NCBI GenBank assembly: GCA_030450535.1
Contig: JAKDIK010000001.1
Location: 1 to 35,618 of the forward strand
Source of the DNA: Propionibacteriaceae bacterium
GTDB lineage: Bacteria; Actinomycetota; Actinomycetes; Propionibacteriales; Propionibacteriaceae
Reading direction: 5' to 3'
DNA: 35,618 nt
The notes beneath the pieces were generated by a model, which worked only from the letters and a program-made list of their open reading frames with translations, did not search any database and was not told the DNA's origin. How positions within the stretch are numbered: position 1 is the stretch's first letter; each line of letters starts with the position of its first letter. Shown here one piece after another: positions 10,039 through 18,400 of the stretch. Both the position numbers and the translations under genes were made by a program.

Positions 10039-10683
10039 GTGCCCAACCCGTACCACCACGGCGATGTGCCCCGTGCCACGCTGGCCGCGGCGCGCGAGAT
10101 TCTCGAGCAGAAGCCGATGTCCGCCATCAGCGTGCGAGAGCTCGCGCGCGTCGCGGGCGTGAGTCACTCCGCGCCGTACCGGCACTTCGGCGACAAGGCC
10201 GGGTTCCTGGGTGCGCTCACGGGGCTGTGCCTCGACGAGTTCGTCAGCGCCCAGGAGGCCGCGATGAACGCCGCACCGCAGGGGACCAAGCTGACCGCCG
10301 TCGGGCGGGCCTACGTCGAGTTTGCCGTGGAGCACCCCCACGTCTTCGACATCTTGTACAACCCGCGCACGGGCGTGCCGCTGTATCACCCCGCCGTGCA
10401 GGCGGCCCTGCTGCGGCACGGCGAGATGTTCCGGGTGGCCCTGGCCGACGCCGACGCCGCCGGCCTGCTGCCCCCGGACGTGGATCTCATCGCGGCCGGC
10501 TATGCCGTGTGGGGCGCGGCCCACGGCCTCGCGCACCTGGTCACGGCCGGTTTCGCGCCTCCAGAAGACGTCGAGGCGATCCTGATCTCGATGCTCCGCT
10601 CCGGCACTCCGCCGCCTGCGGGGCAGGAGCGCCAGCAGTGGGTTCCGGTGCAGAAGACGGTCGAGCCGCGGCCCGGGCACTGA
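10039..10683 (+). CDS. TetR/AcrR family regulator (WHG-type C-terminus)
   Basis: PYHHGD, SVRELARVAGVSHSAPYRHF HTH, WGAAHG; GGAGG RBS. Confidence 0.92.
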   Translation: MPNPYHHGDVPRATLAAAREILEQKPMSAISVRELARVAGVSHSAPYRHFGDKAGFLGALTGLCLDEFVSAQEAAMNAAPQGTKLTAVGRAYVEFAVEHPHVFDILYNPRTGVPLYHPAVQAALLRHGEMFRVALADADAAGLLPPDVDLIAAGYAVWGAAHGLAHLVTAGFAPPEDVEAILISMLRSGTPPPAGQERQQWVPVQKTVEPRPGH

Positions 10684-10712
10684 CCACCCGGGCACTGGCC
10701 ACCCGGGCACTG
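10672..10712. repeat. 3 x 15-bp tandem repeat overlapping TetR stop
   Basis: CCCGGGCACTG at 10672, 10687 and 10702, separated by ACCA/GCCA. Confidence 0.9.
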
Positions 10713-10730
10713 GGCGAGGGCCACCGCGAC

Positions 10731-11534
10731 TCAGCCGAACCAGGCCTCCAGTTGGTCCAGGACCCCATCGGCGTCGTGATCGGCCACCACGGTGCCGGCG
10801 ACCTCCCGGACCGCCGGCAGCCCGTTGGCCATGGCGACCGGATGGCCGACCAGGCGCAGCATCTCCAGGTCGTTGCCCGAGTCGCCGAAGGCCGCCACCT
10901 GCGATGCCGGCACGCCCCATCGATCGAGCAGGATCTGCAGGCCTGCCCCCTTGTGGACCCCCGGCGCATTGAGATCGAGGCTGCCGTGGCCACTGGTCAC
11001 GGGCGTCACCCCGGCGCCGACCGCCTCGGTGACCGCAGAGGCCAGGTGGGGCGGCAGACCCCGGTCATCGGCCAGCGTGAACTTGAACACCCGATCACCG
11101 AAGTCGCGCACGTCGTCCACCACGCTCAGCCGGTGGTAGTACAACGCGATGAAGCGCGCGAACTCCTCCCCGGTGTGGCGCGGCACCCACGCCATCCCGG
11201 GGCCGCACGCGCAGTAGGGCGCGCGCTCGGCGTCCAGCACCGCAGCCACGTTCTTCACGACGTCCGGCGCGATGCGCGCCGTGAACAGCACCTCACCGTC
11301 ACCCTCGGCGCGCACCCAGGCGCCGTTGTCGCTCACGTAGGCGAATTCGTCGGGGTCGTCAAAGAAGCTGCGCAGTTGTGCGTCCTGATTGCCGCTGGCC
11401 ACGACGAACCGGACGCCGGCGTCCCGCATCCGCTCCCGGACGCGCGCAAACCTGGGTCGGTCGTAGGAGAAGTCGCTGCGCAGGAACGTGCCGTCCATGT
11501 CGACAGCGATCACGCGGGGCTGATTCGAAGTCAT
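10731..11534 (-). CDS. Cof-type HAD-IIB hydrolase (YbiV/YbjI-like sugar phosphatase)
   Basis: DMDGTFL, ASG, HKG, FGDSGNDLEM; ATG 7 nt after a TACGAT -10-like hexamer (probably leaderless). Confidence 0.92.
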   Translation of the reverse strand: MTSNQPRVIAVDMDGTFLRSDFSYDRPRFARVRERMRDAGVRFVVASGNQDAQLRSFFDDPDEFAYVSDNGAWVRAEGDGEVLFTARIAPDVVKNVAAVLDAERAPYCACGPGMAWVPRHTGEEFARFIALYYHRLSVVDDVRDFGDRVFKFTLADDRGLPPHLASAVTEAVGAGVTPVTSGHGSLDLNAPGVHKGAGLQILLDRWGVPASQVAAFGDSGNDLEMLRLVGHPVAMANGLPAVREVAGTVVADHDADGVLDQLEAWFG

Positions 11535-11535
11535 A

Positions 11536-11549
11536 TGTACGATCGTACA
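11536..11549. promoter_or_regulatory. Perfect 14-bp palindromic operator TGTACGATCGTACA
   Basis: Lies in the 38-bp divergent spacer; overlaps the HAD -10 hexamer; a cognate TetR gene is in the divergent operon. Confidence 0.75.
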
Positions 11550-11572
11550 CAAAGCGGGCTAGGATCGGTCCC

Positions 11573-12175
11573 ATGACCAGCCATCAGCCGACCACCGAGG
11601 AACTCCGCGGTGACCCCCGGGGCATGCGCGAGCGCATGCTCGCCGGTGATCTCTACATCGCGGACGACCCCGAGAACGCCCGCGTCGCCCTGCACGCGAT
11701 GCGCACCATTGCCGCCTATCAGGCGGCGGTGTTGGCGGACGACCCCCAGGCCGCGCGCACGCAGCTCGTGGCGCTGTTGGGCAGCGTCGGGGAGGGCGTT
11801 TTCGTCAAACCGCCGTTGGCCGTCGACTTCGGCGAGCATCTCCACATCGGGGATCGGACGTTTATCAACTCCGGCCTGACCGCCCTCGATGTCGCCACGA
11901 TCACGATCGGCGCGGACTGCCAGATCGGCACGAACGTCCAGCTCCTGACGCCCACCCATCCCCTCGACGCCGACCTGCGCCGGGACAAGTGGGAGGCCGC
12001 CCAGCCCATCGCGATCGGCGACAACGTCTGGCTCGGCGGCGGGGTCATCGTGTGTCCCGGCGTCACGATCGGTGCGAACACCGTGGTGGGCGCCGGATCG
12101 GTCGTCACGCGGGACCTGCCGGACGGCGTCCTCGCCGTGGGAAGCCCGGCGCGCGTGGTCCGGCAGATCGCGTGA
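11573..12175 (+). CDS. Sugar O-acetyltransferase (maltose/galactoside acetyltransferase family)
   Basis: ERMLAGDLY, TPTHP, IGDNVWLGGGVIVCPGVTIG hexapeptide repeats; TAGGAT 7 nt before ATG. Confidence 0.92.
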   Translation: MTSHQPTTEELRGDPRGMRERMLAGDLYIADDPENARVALHAMRTIAAYQAAVLADDPQAARTQLVALLGSVGEGVFVKPPLAVDFGEHLHIGDRTFINSGLTALDVATITIGADCQIGTNVQLLTPTHPLDADLRRDKWEAAQPIAIGDNVWLGGGVIVCPGVTIGANTVVGAGSVVTRDLPDGVLAVGSPARVVRQIA

Positions 12176-12747
12176 GCGGCGCCACCCGGACGCCTCGCGC
12201 GCGCCGCTTCGACCCCGACCGACGCGACCGGATCCTCGCCGCGTGCCTGAACGTCATCGAGAGCGACGGCGTTGCCGGCGTCTCGCACCGCAAGGTCGCC
12301 GCGGTCGCCGACGTCCCGCTTGGCTCGATGACCTACCACTTCGACGGCATGGACGCCCTGCTCTTCGCCGCGTTCGGGGCGTTCGCCGCCGAGGCGGACG
12401 CCGGCTTGGCGGACGCCCTCGCGGCGGCCGCGTCCCCAGAAGTGGCCCGGGAGGTGCTCGTCGAGCACATCACCGACCGCGTGCTGGTGAACCGGCGCGC
12501 CCTCGTGCTCACCACCGAGTTGTACGCGCTCGCCGCCCGCGACGAGCGCTACCGGGCGATCACGGGCGCCTGGATGGCACGGAGCCGGGCCGCGCTCGAG
12601 CGCCGCTTCGACGCGCCGACCGCCGCCCTGCTGGACGCCCTCACCGAAGGGCTCACCCTGCACCGTGCCCTCGACGACGGCAGGCTGACACCCGCGGACG
12701 TCCGCCTCGCCGTGGCCAGGGTGAGCCGCCCTCAGAGCTCGGGGTAG
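12172..12747 (+). CDS. TetR family regulator, RcdA/YbjK-like
   Basis: DPDRRDRIL, SHRKVAAVADVPLGSMTYHF; GTGA overlap with the acetyltransferase stop. Confidence 0.9.
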   Translation: MSGATRTPRARRFDPDRRDRILAACLNVIESDGVAGVSHRKVAAVADVPLGSMTYHFDGMDALLFAAFGAFAAEADAGLADALAAAASPEVAREVLVEHITDRVLVNRRALVLTTELYALAARDERYRAITGAWMARSRAALERRFDAPTAALLDALTEGLTLHRALDDGRLTPADVRLAVARVSRPQSSG

Positions 12748-13976
12748 TGGTTGGTCGGCTTGTTCGCGGCCTTCTCCTGCTCGGCGAGCGCCTTCTTGGC
12801 CTCCGCGATCTCCTCCGACGACACCGCCGAGGCGCCGTGCCCGCGGACGTCCCCGGAACCGCGCGCACCCCCGCTCGTGCCTGCTGAATCGGCGTCGGCT
12901 TCGGCGTCCGTGTCGCCGTCGCTGTCGGCATCGGGATCGGACGACTCCCCGGCCGTCAGACGCACCTCGCGGGCCTCCGCGACGGCCTCCTGCTGCTTCT
13001 CCGCCTTCTTGATGGCCCCCTTCTCGTCGCGCAGCGGCAGCTGGATGGCCTCCTCGGCCTCGATACCGCCCTGCAGCTGGCGGCCCCGCTCGAGCTCGGC
13101 GTCCACCTCGGCGCCGAACAGCAGCACCATGTTGATGATGTTGACCCAGAACAGGAAAACGATCACGCCGGCGAGCGCGCCGTAGGTGGCCTGGTAGTTG
13201 CCGAAATTGGCCACGAAGAAGCCGAAGGCGACGGACGCCAGCGCGGCGAGCAGGATGGCCAGGGCGGCACCGATGCTGATCCAGCGGATCTTCGGCTGGC
13301 GGACGTTCGGCGTGCCCCAGTAGAGCAGCGCCACGAGGACCACCACGAGCGCTGCGATCAACGGCCACTTCGCGATCTCGATGACGGTGACCGCCACGTC
13401 CCCGAGCCCGATGACGTTGCCGAGCGACTCGGCCATCGGTCCCGAGATGGCGAGCCCGATGAGGACGAGCGCGACGATGAGGAGCATGCCCGCCGTGAGC
13501 CCGTACATGCCCAGGTTGAACTTGACGGGGCCCCGGCCCTCGGGCACCTCGTAGATGCGGTTCATGGCACGGCTGAACGCCTTGACGTAGTTGGATGCCG
13601 TCCACAGCGCGGTCGCGAGACCGATGACGAGGCCGAGTCCGGGTGCGGGTGCTGCCAGCAGGTTGTCGAGGACGGGGCCGATCGTGTCGAGCGCATCTGA
13701 GGGGATGGCGCCCTGGGCGGCGAGGTCGTCGATGAGGGAGCGCACGAGATCGCCGCTCTGCCCGAAAAGGCTGAGGATCGACACGAGCGCGATGAGTCCC
13801 GGGAAGATGGACAGCACGGTGAAATACGTCAGGGCCGCCGCCGCATCGGGCAGCTGATCGTCGGAGAATTCCCGCACGGCGTTCTTCAGCACGAACTTCC
13901 AGTTGGGCTTCTTGATGTCGGTCGGGCTGTCCGGCTTTCGGGGGTCATCCGGGTGGGGAGCGTCGGCCATGGTCAT
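12732..13976 (-). CDS. YihY/BrkB family membrane protein
   Basis: AAALTYF..SIFPG, WTAS..AMNRIY, YGALAGVIVFLFW..GAE; acidic C-terminal extension; AAGGAAG RBS. Confidence 0.9.
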   Translation of the reverse strand: MTMADAPHPDDPRKPDSPTDIKKPNWKFVLKNAVREFSDDQLPDAAAALTYFTVLSIFPGLIALVSILSLFGQSGDLVRSLIDDLAAQGAIPSDALDTIGPVLDNLLAAPAPGLGLVIGLATALWTASNYVKAFSRAMNRIYEVPEGRGPVKFNLGMYGLTAGMLLIVALVLIGLAISGPMAESLGNVIGLGDVAVTVIEIAKWPLIAALVVVLVALLYWGTPNVRQPKIRWISIGAALAILLAALASVAFGFFVANFGNYQATYGALAGVIVFLFWVNIINMVLLFGAEVDAELERGRQLQGGIEAEEAIQLPLRDEKGAIKKAEKQQEAVAEAREVRLTAGESSDPDADSDGDTDAEADADSAGTSGGARGSGDVRGHGASAVSSEEIAEAKKALAEQEKAANKPTNHYPEL

Positions 13977-14163
13977 GGTGTTCTTCCTTGTCAACGTCGC
14001 AGTTCGATTGTCACGCTACCCTGCCGGCACCGTTGCGCGCCGTATCGGCGGGGGCGCGCCCTGCCCGAGGTGCCGTGCGGTCCCTCACCCGCACCGCGCC
14101 CCACCGGTTCTCTCGAGGGCTCCTCGACGTGGCGTTGCACCGGGACGGCCCCGGACCGACTCT

Positions 14164-14191
14164 GCCCACGTGATTGAGCCCACGTGATTGA
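14164..14191. repeat. Perfect 14-bp direct repeat x2 upstream of ThrE-family gene
   Basis: GCCCACGTGATTGA GCCCACGTGATTGA. Confidence 0.9.
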
Positions 14192-14212
14192 CTAGCGCGC
14201 GGAGGAGGCGCC

Positions 14213-15574
14213 ATGTCAGCTGAGGGGACCAGCCGCGATGCCATGCTTGCGGAGAAATCGGCCGCGGTCTGCCGCATCGGCTCCCTGATGCTCAGCGCCG
14301 GGACGGGATCGTACCGGGTGAAACTCTGCATGGGGCGCGTCGCCGCCGCGTTGGGGATCGACCAGTTGGAGGCCCAGGTCAGTCTCACCGAGATCGTCGC
14401 CACGACCCGGGCCCACGGTGCTTTCCGGACCCAGGTGGTGGAGGTGCCCGTACCCCACGTGGACGCCGACCGTATCGAGGAGCTCATGCGCCTGTCGCTG
14501 CGTGCCGCGCCGGGCACCACCGCCGCGGAATTCCACGCCGAGCTGGACGCCGTCGTCGCGCGCCGCGCGCTCTATCCCCGTTGGCTGGTGGTGGCGGGCG
14601 CAGCGATGGCGTGCGCGGCGTTCGCGTTCCTCAACAATGGTCGCTGGATGGAGTGCTTGGCGGCGGGCCTCGCCGCCGCGCTGGGCAAGTTCGTGCAGTT
14701 GTCGCTTCGGAGATTCCGTCTCAACCCGCTCGCGGTGGTGGCGGTGGCGTCCTTCGTTGCCTGTCTGACGTTCATGCTCCTGGCCAACGGCATCGCGCTG
14801 ATCATCCCCGGGCTCAGCGTGGAGGCGGCGGCGTTCACGTCCGCCATCTTGTTCCTCGTGCCCGGATTTCCGCTGCTGACGGCGGCGCTGGATCTGGCCC
14901 GTTTCGACTTCTCGTCCGGCGTCTCACGGCTGCTGTACACCGTGATGATCACGGTCGCCGCCTCGCTGGGTGGCTGGTTGGTGGCGTGGGGCTTCGGTCT
15001 GCCACTCACCCCCATCACGCCGCCGGAGTTGGCGCCGGGCCCACTGGCGCTGCTGCGTGCGGTGGCCAGCTTTGCCGGAGTGCTGGGATTCGCACTCACC
15101 TTCAACACGCCGCTGCGCGTGGGGCTCGTCGCGGCCACCATCGGCTCGATCGCCAACGTGCTGCGCCTGAGCGCCGTCGACCTCGGCGTCAACGCGTTGG
15201 CGGCGGCCCTCGTGGCGACGACCATCGTGGGGCTGCTCGCCGGATCGGTCAATCAGCGGCTGCTGGCCCCCCGCATCACGCTGTCGGTTCCCGCCGTGCT
15301 CATCATGATCCCGGGGGCCAGCACCTACCGGGCCATGGTCGGGATGATCAATGAGGATGCCCTCGCCGCGCTCACGAACTTCACGGCGGCCCTGGGGGTC
15401 GTGGTGTGCCTCGCAGCCGGGCTGGCGGTGGCGCGCATGGTCACCGACCCTGCCTGGATCAGCGCGGCGCCGGCCTGGACGAGGATGCCGAGCACGCCCG
15501 CTCAGCGTGAGCTCCGGCGTCGCATCTCAGGTGACCCTCCGCGTCCGGACGCCGGCGGGCGGCGTCGGGAGTGA
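14213..15574 (+). CDS. ThrE family threonine/serine exporter
   Basis: GSLMLSAGTGSYRVK, LVPGFPL, MIPG; multiple TM segments; GGAGGAGG RBS. Confidence 0.85.
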   Translation: MSAEGTSRDAMLAEKSAAVCRIGSLMLSAGTGSYRVKLCMGRVAAALGIDQLEAQVSLTEIVATTRAHGAFRTQVVEVPVPHVDADRIEELMRLSLRAAPGTTAAEFHAELDAVVARRALYPRWLVVAGAAMACAAFAFLNNGRWMECLAAGLAAALGKFVQLSLRRFRLNPLAVVAVASFVACLTFMLLANGIALIIPGLSVEAAAFTSAILFLVPGFPLLTAALDLARFDFSSGVSRLLYTVMITVAASLGGWLVAWGFGLPLTPITPPELAPGPLALLRAVASFAGVLGFALTFNTPLRVGLVAATIGSIANVLRLSAVDLGVNALAAALVATTIVGLLAGSVNQRLLAPRITLSVPAVLIMIPGASTYRAMVGMINEDALAALTNFTAALGVVVCLAAGLAVARMVTDPAWISAAPAWTRMPSTPAQRELRRRISGDPPRPDAGGRRRE

Positions 15575-15662
15575 TTCCGCATATGTCCCGGGGCGAACCT
15601 GCCCGACGGCCGAGCGGTCGTCACCCGTCGGGGTGTTGCGTGCCCTCCGGCCGAGCAGGATC

Positions 15663-16982
15663 ATGGGCCGAGTGTCCTCAACCGTGACCCACCGGCAGCG
15701 CCATTTCTTCGATCAGCACCCCGGTCTGCGCGCCGTATTGGTGGCCTGCGCCCTCATCGTGCTCGTCGGCTGGACCGTGCGGACGCTCGCCGAGGCGGGC
15801 GCGCTGGTCAGTTCGATCCTCGTGCCGACCATGCTGTCGATCCTGTTCGCCGGCCTGCTCATGCCGTTGCAGGTGCTGCTCAACCACACGCTCCGACTGC
15901 CGCGCTCGGTGGCGGCGGGCCTCACCCTGCTGCTGTCGCTCGGCGCGGTCGGCGGGCTGTTGTGGGTGGCGGGGGCGCAGCTCGCGGCGGGGCTCGAGGA
16001 TATCGTCACGGTGTTCCAGGGTCAGCTCGAGGCGCTGCGCTCGTGGGCGCTCCAGACCCTCCCGATCGGACGCGATCAGCTCAACGCGGCGATCTCGCAG
16101 GCCCAGGCGTGGCTGGCGTCCAACCAGGCCAGCCTCGCCCAGGGCGCGCTCGGCGCAGGGGTCACGGCGGCCGGAGTCATGGTGTCGGGCGTCCTCGCGC
16201 TCGTGGCGACCTTCTTCTTCCTCGCCCAGGGCGACCGGATCGCCTCCGGTCTGCTCGCCCTGCTTCCCAAGGATTGGCGTCGCACCTTGTGGGAGGCCGG
16301 ACGCCGCGGTTGGGTCACGCTGGGGACCTACTGCCGCACCCAGCTGGTCGTCGCCGCCGTGGACGCCTTGGGCATCGGGCTGGGCGCGTTCCTTCTCGGG
16401 CTGCCCTTCGTCATCCCGGTGATCGCCATCACGTTCGTCCTGTGTTTCATCCCGTTCGTGGGCGCGATCGTCTCCGGCGCGCTGGTCGTGGCCATCGCGT
16501 TGGCGTTCGACGGGCTGACGCCCGCGCTGATCATGCTGGCGATCGTGATCGCCGTGCAGCAGATCGAATCCAACGTGCTGAGCCCGCTGTTGATGGGCAA
16601 GGCCGTGGACGTCCACCCGCTGCTGATCCTGCTGTCCGTGGCCGGGGCCACCTACATCTTCGGGCTGGTCGGCGCGCTGTTCATGGTGCCGGTGATCGCG
16701 ACCATCAAGTCGATCCTGTTGTACCTGCACGGCGCCGACCCGTTCCCGGTGCTGGATTCCGGCGGCAGCGCGCTCACGGATTCACCCCGCAGACTCATGG
16801 GCGATCGCCAGGAGATCAGGAATCCGCCCCGCATCGGTGAGGCGTCACCGGCCTGGCTGGAGGACGAGATCGAGGCGGACGCGGCGGCCGCCGATCCGAA
16901 CGTCACGGACGCGGGGGCGATGGACGGCCCGGAGGACGGCGTCGACCCGGACGCGGCGACGGGCGACGCCGAGCGCCGCTGA
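15663..16982 (+). CDS. AI-2E (PerM) family transporter
   Basis: FIPFVGA, VQQIESNVLSPLLMG, VHPL..GALFMVP; start may be GTG at 15672. Confidence 0.88.
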   Translation: MGRVSSTVTHRQRHFFDQHPGLRAVLVACALIVLVGWTVRTLAEAGALVSSILVPTMLSILFAGLLMPLQVLLNHTLRLPRSVAAGLTLLLSLGAVGGLLWVAGAQLAAGLEDIVTVFQGQLEALRSWALQTLPIGRDQLNAAISQAQAWLASNQASLAQGALGAGVTAAGVMVSGVLALVATFFFLAQGDRIASGLLALLPKDWRRTLWEAGRRGWVTLGTYCRTQLVVAAVDALGIGLGAFLLGLPFVIPVIAITFVLCFIPFVGAIVSGALVVAIALAFDGLTPALIMLAIVIAVQQIESNVLSPLLMGKAVDVHPLLILLSVAGATYIFGLVGALFMVPVIATIKSILLYLHGADPFPVLDSGGSALTDSPRRLMGDRQEIRNPPRIGEASPAWLEDEIEADAAAADPNVTDAGAMDGPEDGVDPDAATGDAERR

Positions 16983-16983
16983 C

Positions 16984-17487
16984 TCAGCGAGGCGGGGTGC
17001 CGACTCGCACGATCTCGTGATGGACGACCTCGCCGCCGACCAATTCGAGCCAGCCGTAGCTGCCGATCCGCTCTCGGCGCGGGTCGGTGATCGAGCCCGG
17101 GTTGAACAGGTGGACGCCGTCCTCGACGACGTCCATCGGAATGTGGGAGTGGCCGAACACGACGACGTCGGCGTCCGGGAACATCCGGCGCATGCGGCGT
17201 CCGCGGCCCGCCTTCGCGCCCGCGTCGTGGATCATCGCCACGCGTACCCCGCCGAGGTCGAGCTCGAGGCGCTCGGGGGCGGGCCAGGCCGCGATGTCGG
17301 GGCCGTCGTTGTTGCCGAGCACCACGTGGAGGGGAGCGGACGCCGCGAGCTCGGCCAGCACGCCCGGCACGCACACGTCCCCCGCGTGGAGAATGACGTC
17401 CGCCTCGGCCAAGGGCGCGCGCAGGGCGTCCGGCATCGCCTTCCAGCGGCGCGGAGCGTGGGTGTCCGAGACGACCAGCACCTTCAT
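16984..17487 (-). CDS. YfcE/MJ0936 family metallophosphoesterase
   Basis: SDTH, HAGD, GNND, HD, FGHSH, NPGS. Confidence 0.92.
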   Translation of the reverse strand: MKVLVVSDTHAPRRWKAMPDALRAPLAEADVILHAGDVCVPGVLAELAASAPLHVVLGNNDGPDIAAWPAPERLELDLGGVRVAMIHDAGAKAGRGRRMRRMFPDADVVVFGHSHIPMDVVEDGVHLFNPGSITDPRRERIGSYGWLELVGGEVVHHEIVRVGTPPR

Positions 17488-17500
17488 TCCGGCGTCCGGC

Positions 17501-18340
17501 TCAGGCGCCGGGGTGGGCGGCGTCCAGCGCGTCGGCCAGCTCGCCGAGCAGCTCGGCGACCCCGTCCGGACCGTCGACGACCACGTCGGAGACGGCCACG
17601 AGGGCGTCCTGCTCATCGGATCCCGAACAGATGAGCAGGGCCTTGACGCGACCGGACTCGCGCAGCCAGCGCACCGCGCGGAACGCCGGCAGGTCGCCGA
17701 GGTCGTCGCCGGCGTAGATGATCGCGGTGGGGTGCAGCTCGTCCACCAGCCGCCGGATCGCGTCGCCCTTGTCGAGCCCCCGCGCGCGCAGCTCGAGCAC
17801 GAAGCGGCCCGGCTCGACCTGCAGGTCGTGGCTCTCGGCGAGCTCGGTCAGCGGGCCGGTGAGCCGCTCGAACGCGGCGGCCGGGTCGGGCAGTTCACGG
17901 GTGTGGACGCCGACGCTCAGCCGCTTGTTCTCGATGCGGGCGTCGGCGAGGTCGTGGTCGGCGAGCAGGTCGGGGAGCGCGGCGGCGGCGTTGGCCACCC
18001 CTCCGGGCGCCTCGGGCTCGTCGTAGTCGCCGGTGTCGGCGTCCCAGCGCTCGAAGCCGTACAGGCCGAGCACCGAGGCGGATGCCAGCCCGGTCCGCTC
18101 GTCGAGGCGGCCGAGGCGGACGGCCTGGCGCGCGGGGCGTCCGGTGACGATGGCCACCTTCGCGACCCGGCTGCCCAGGCGTTCGAGGACGCCGACGGTG
18201 TCCTCGGACGCCCACGCCTCGTCCGGGTTGTCGACGATGGGTGACAGCACGCCGTCGAAGTCGCTGCAGACGAGAGTGGTTGACGGGTCGGTGGTGATGG
18301 CCGCCCAGGCCGCGCGGCCGGCGTCCGAGGTGATGTGCAT
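17501..18340 (-). CDS. otsB: Trehalose-6-phosphate phosphatase
   Basis: DFDGVLSPIV, IVTGR, ENK, DKG, GDDLGD; divergent from otsA; alternative start GTG 18349. Confidence 0.92.
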   Translation of the reverse strand: MHITSDAGRAAWAAITTDPSTTLVCSDFDGVLSPIVDNPDEAWASEDTVGVLERLGSRVAKVAIVTGRPARQAVRLGRLDERTGLASASVLGLYGFERWDADTGDYDEPEAPGGVANAAAALPDLLADHDLADARIENKRLSVGVHTRELPDPAAAFERLTGPLTELAESHDLQVEPGRFVLELRARGLDKGDAIRRLVDELHPTAIIYAGDDLGDLPAFRAVRWLRESGRVKALLICSGSDEQDALVAVSDVVVDGPDGVAELLGELADALDAAHPGA

Positions 18341-18400
18341 GGTGTCCACCCTCCCATTCCGTGGCGCCTGCGGCTAGGTTGGACGTCAGGAGGTGGGCTG

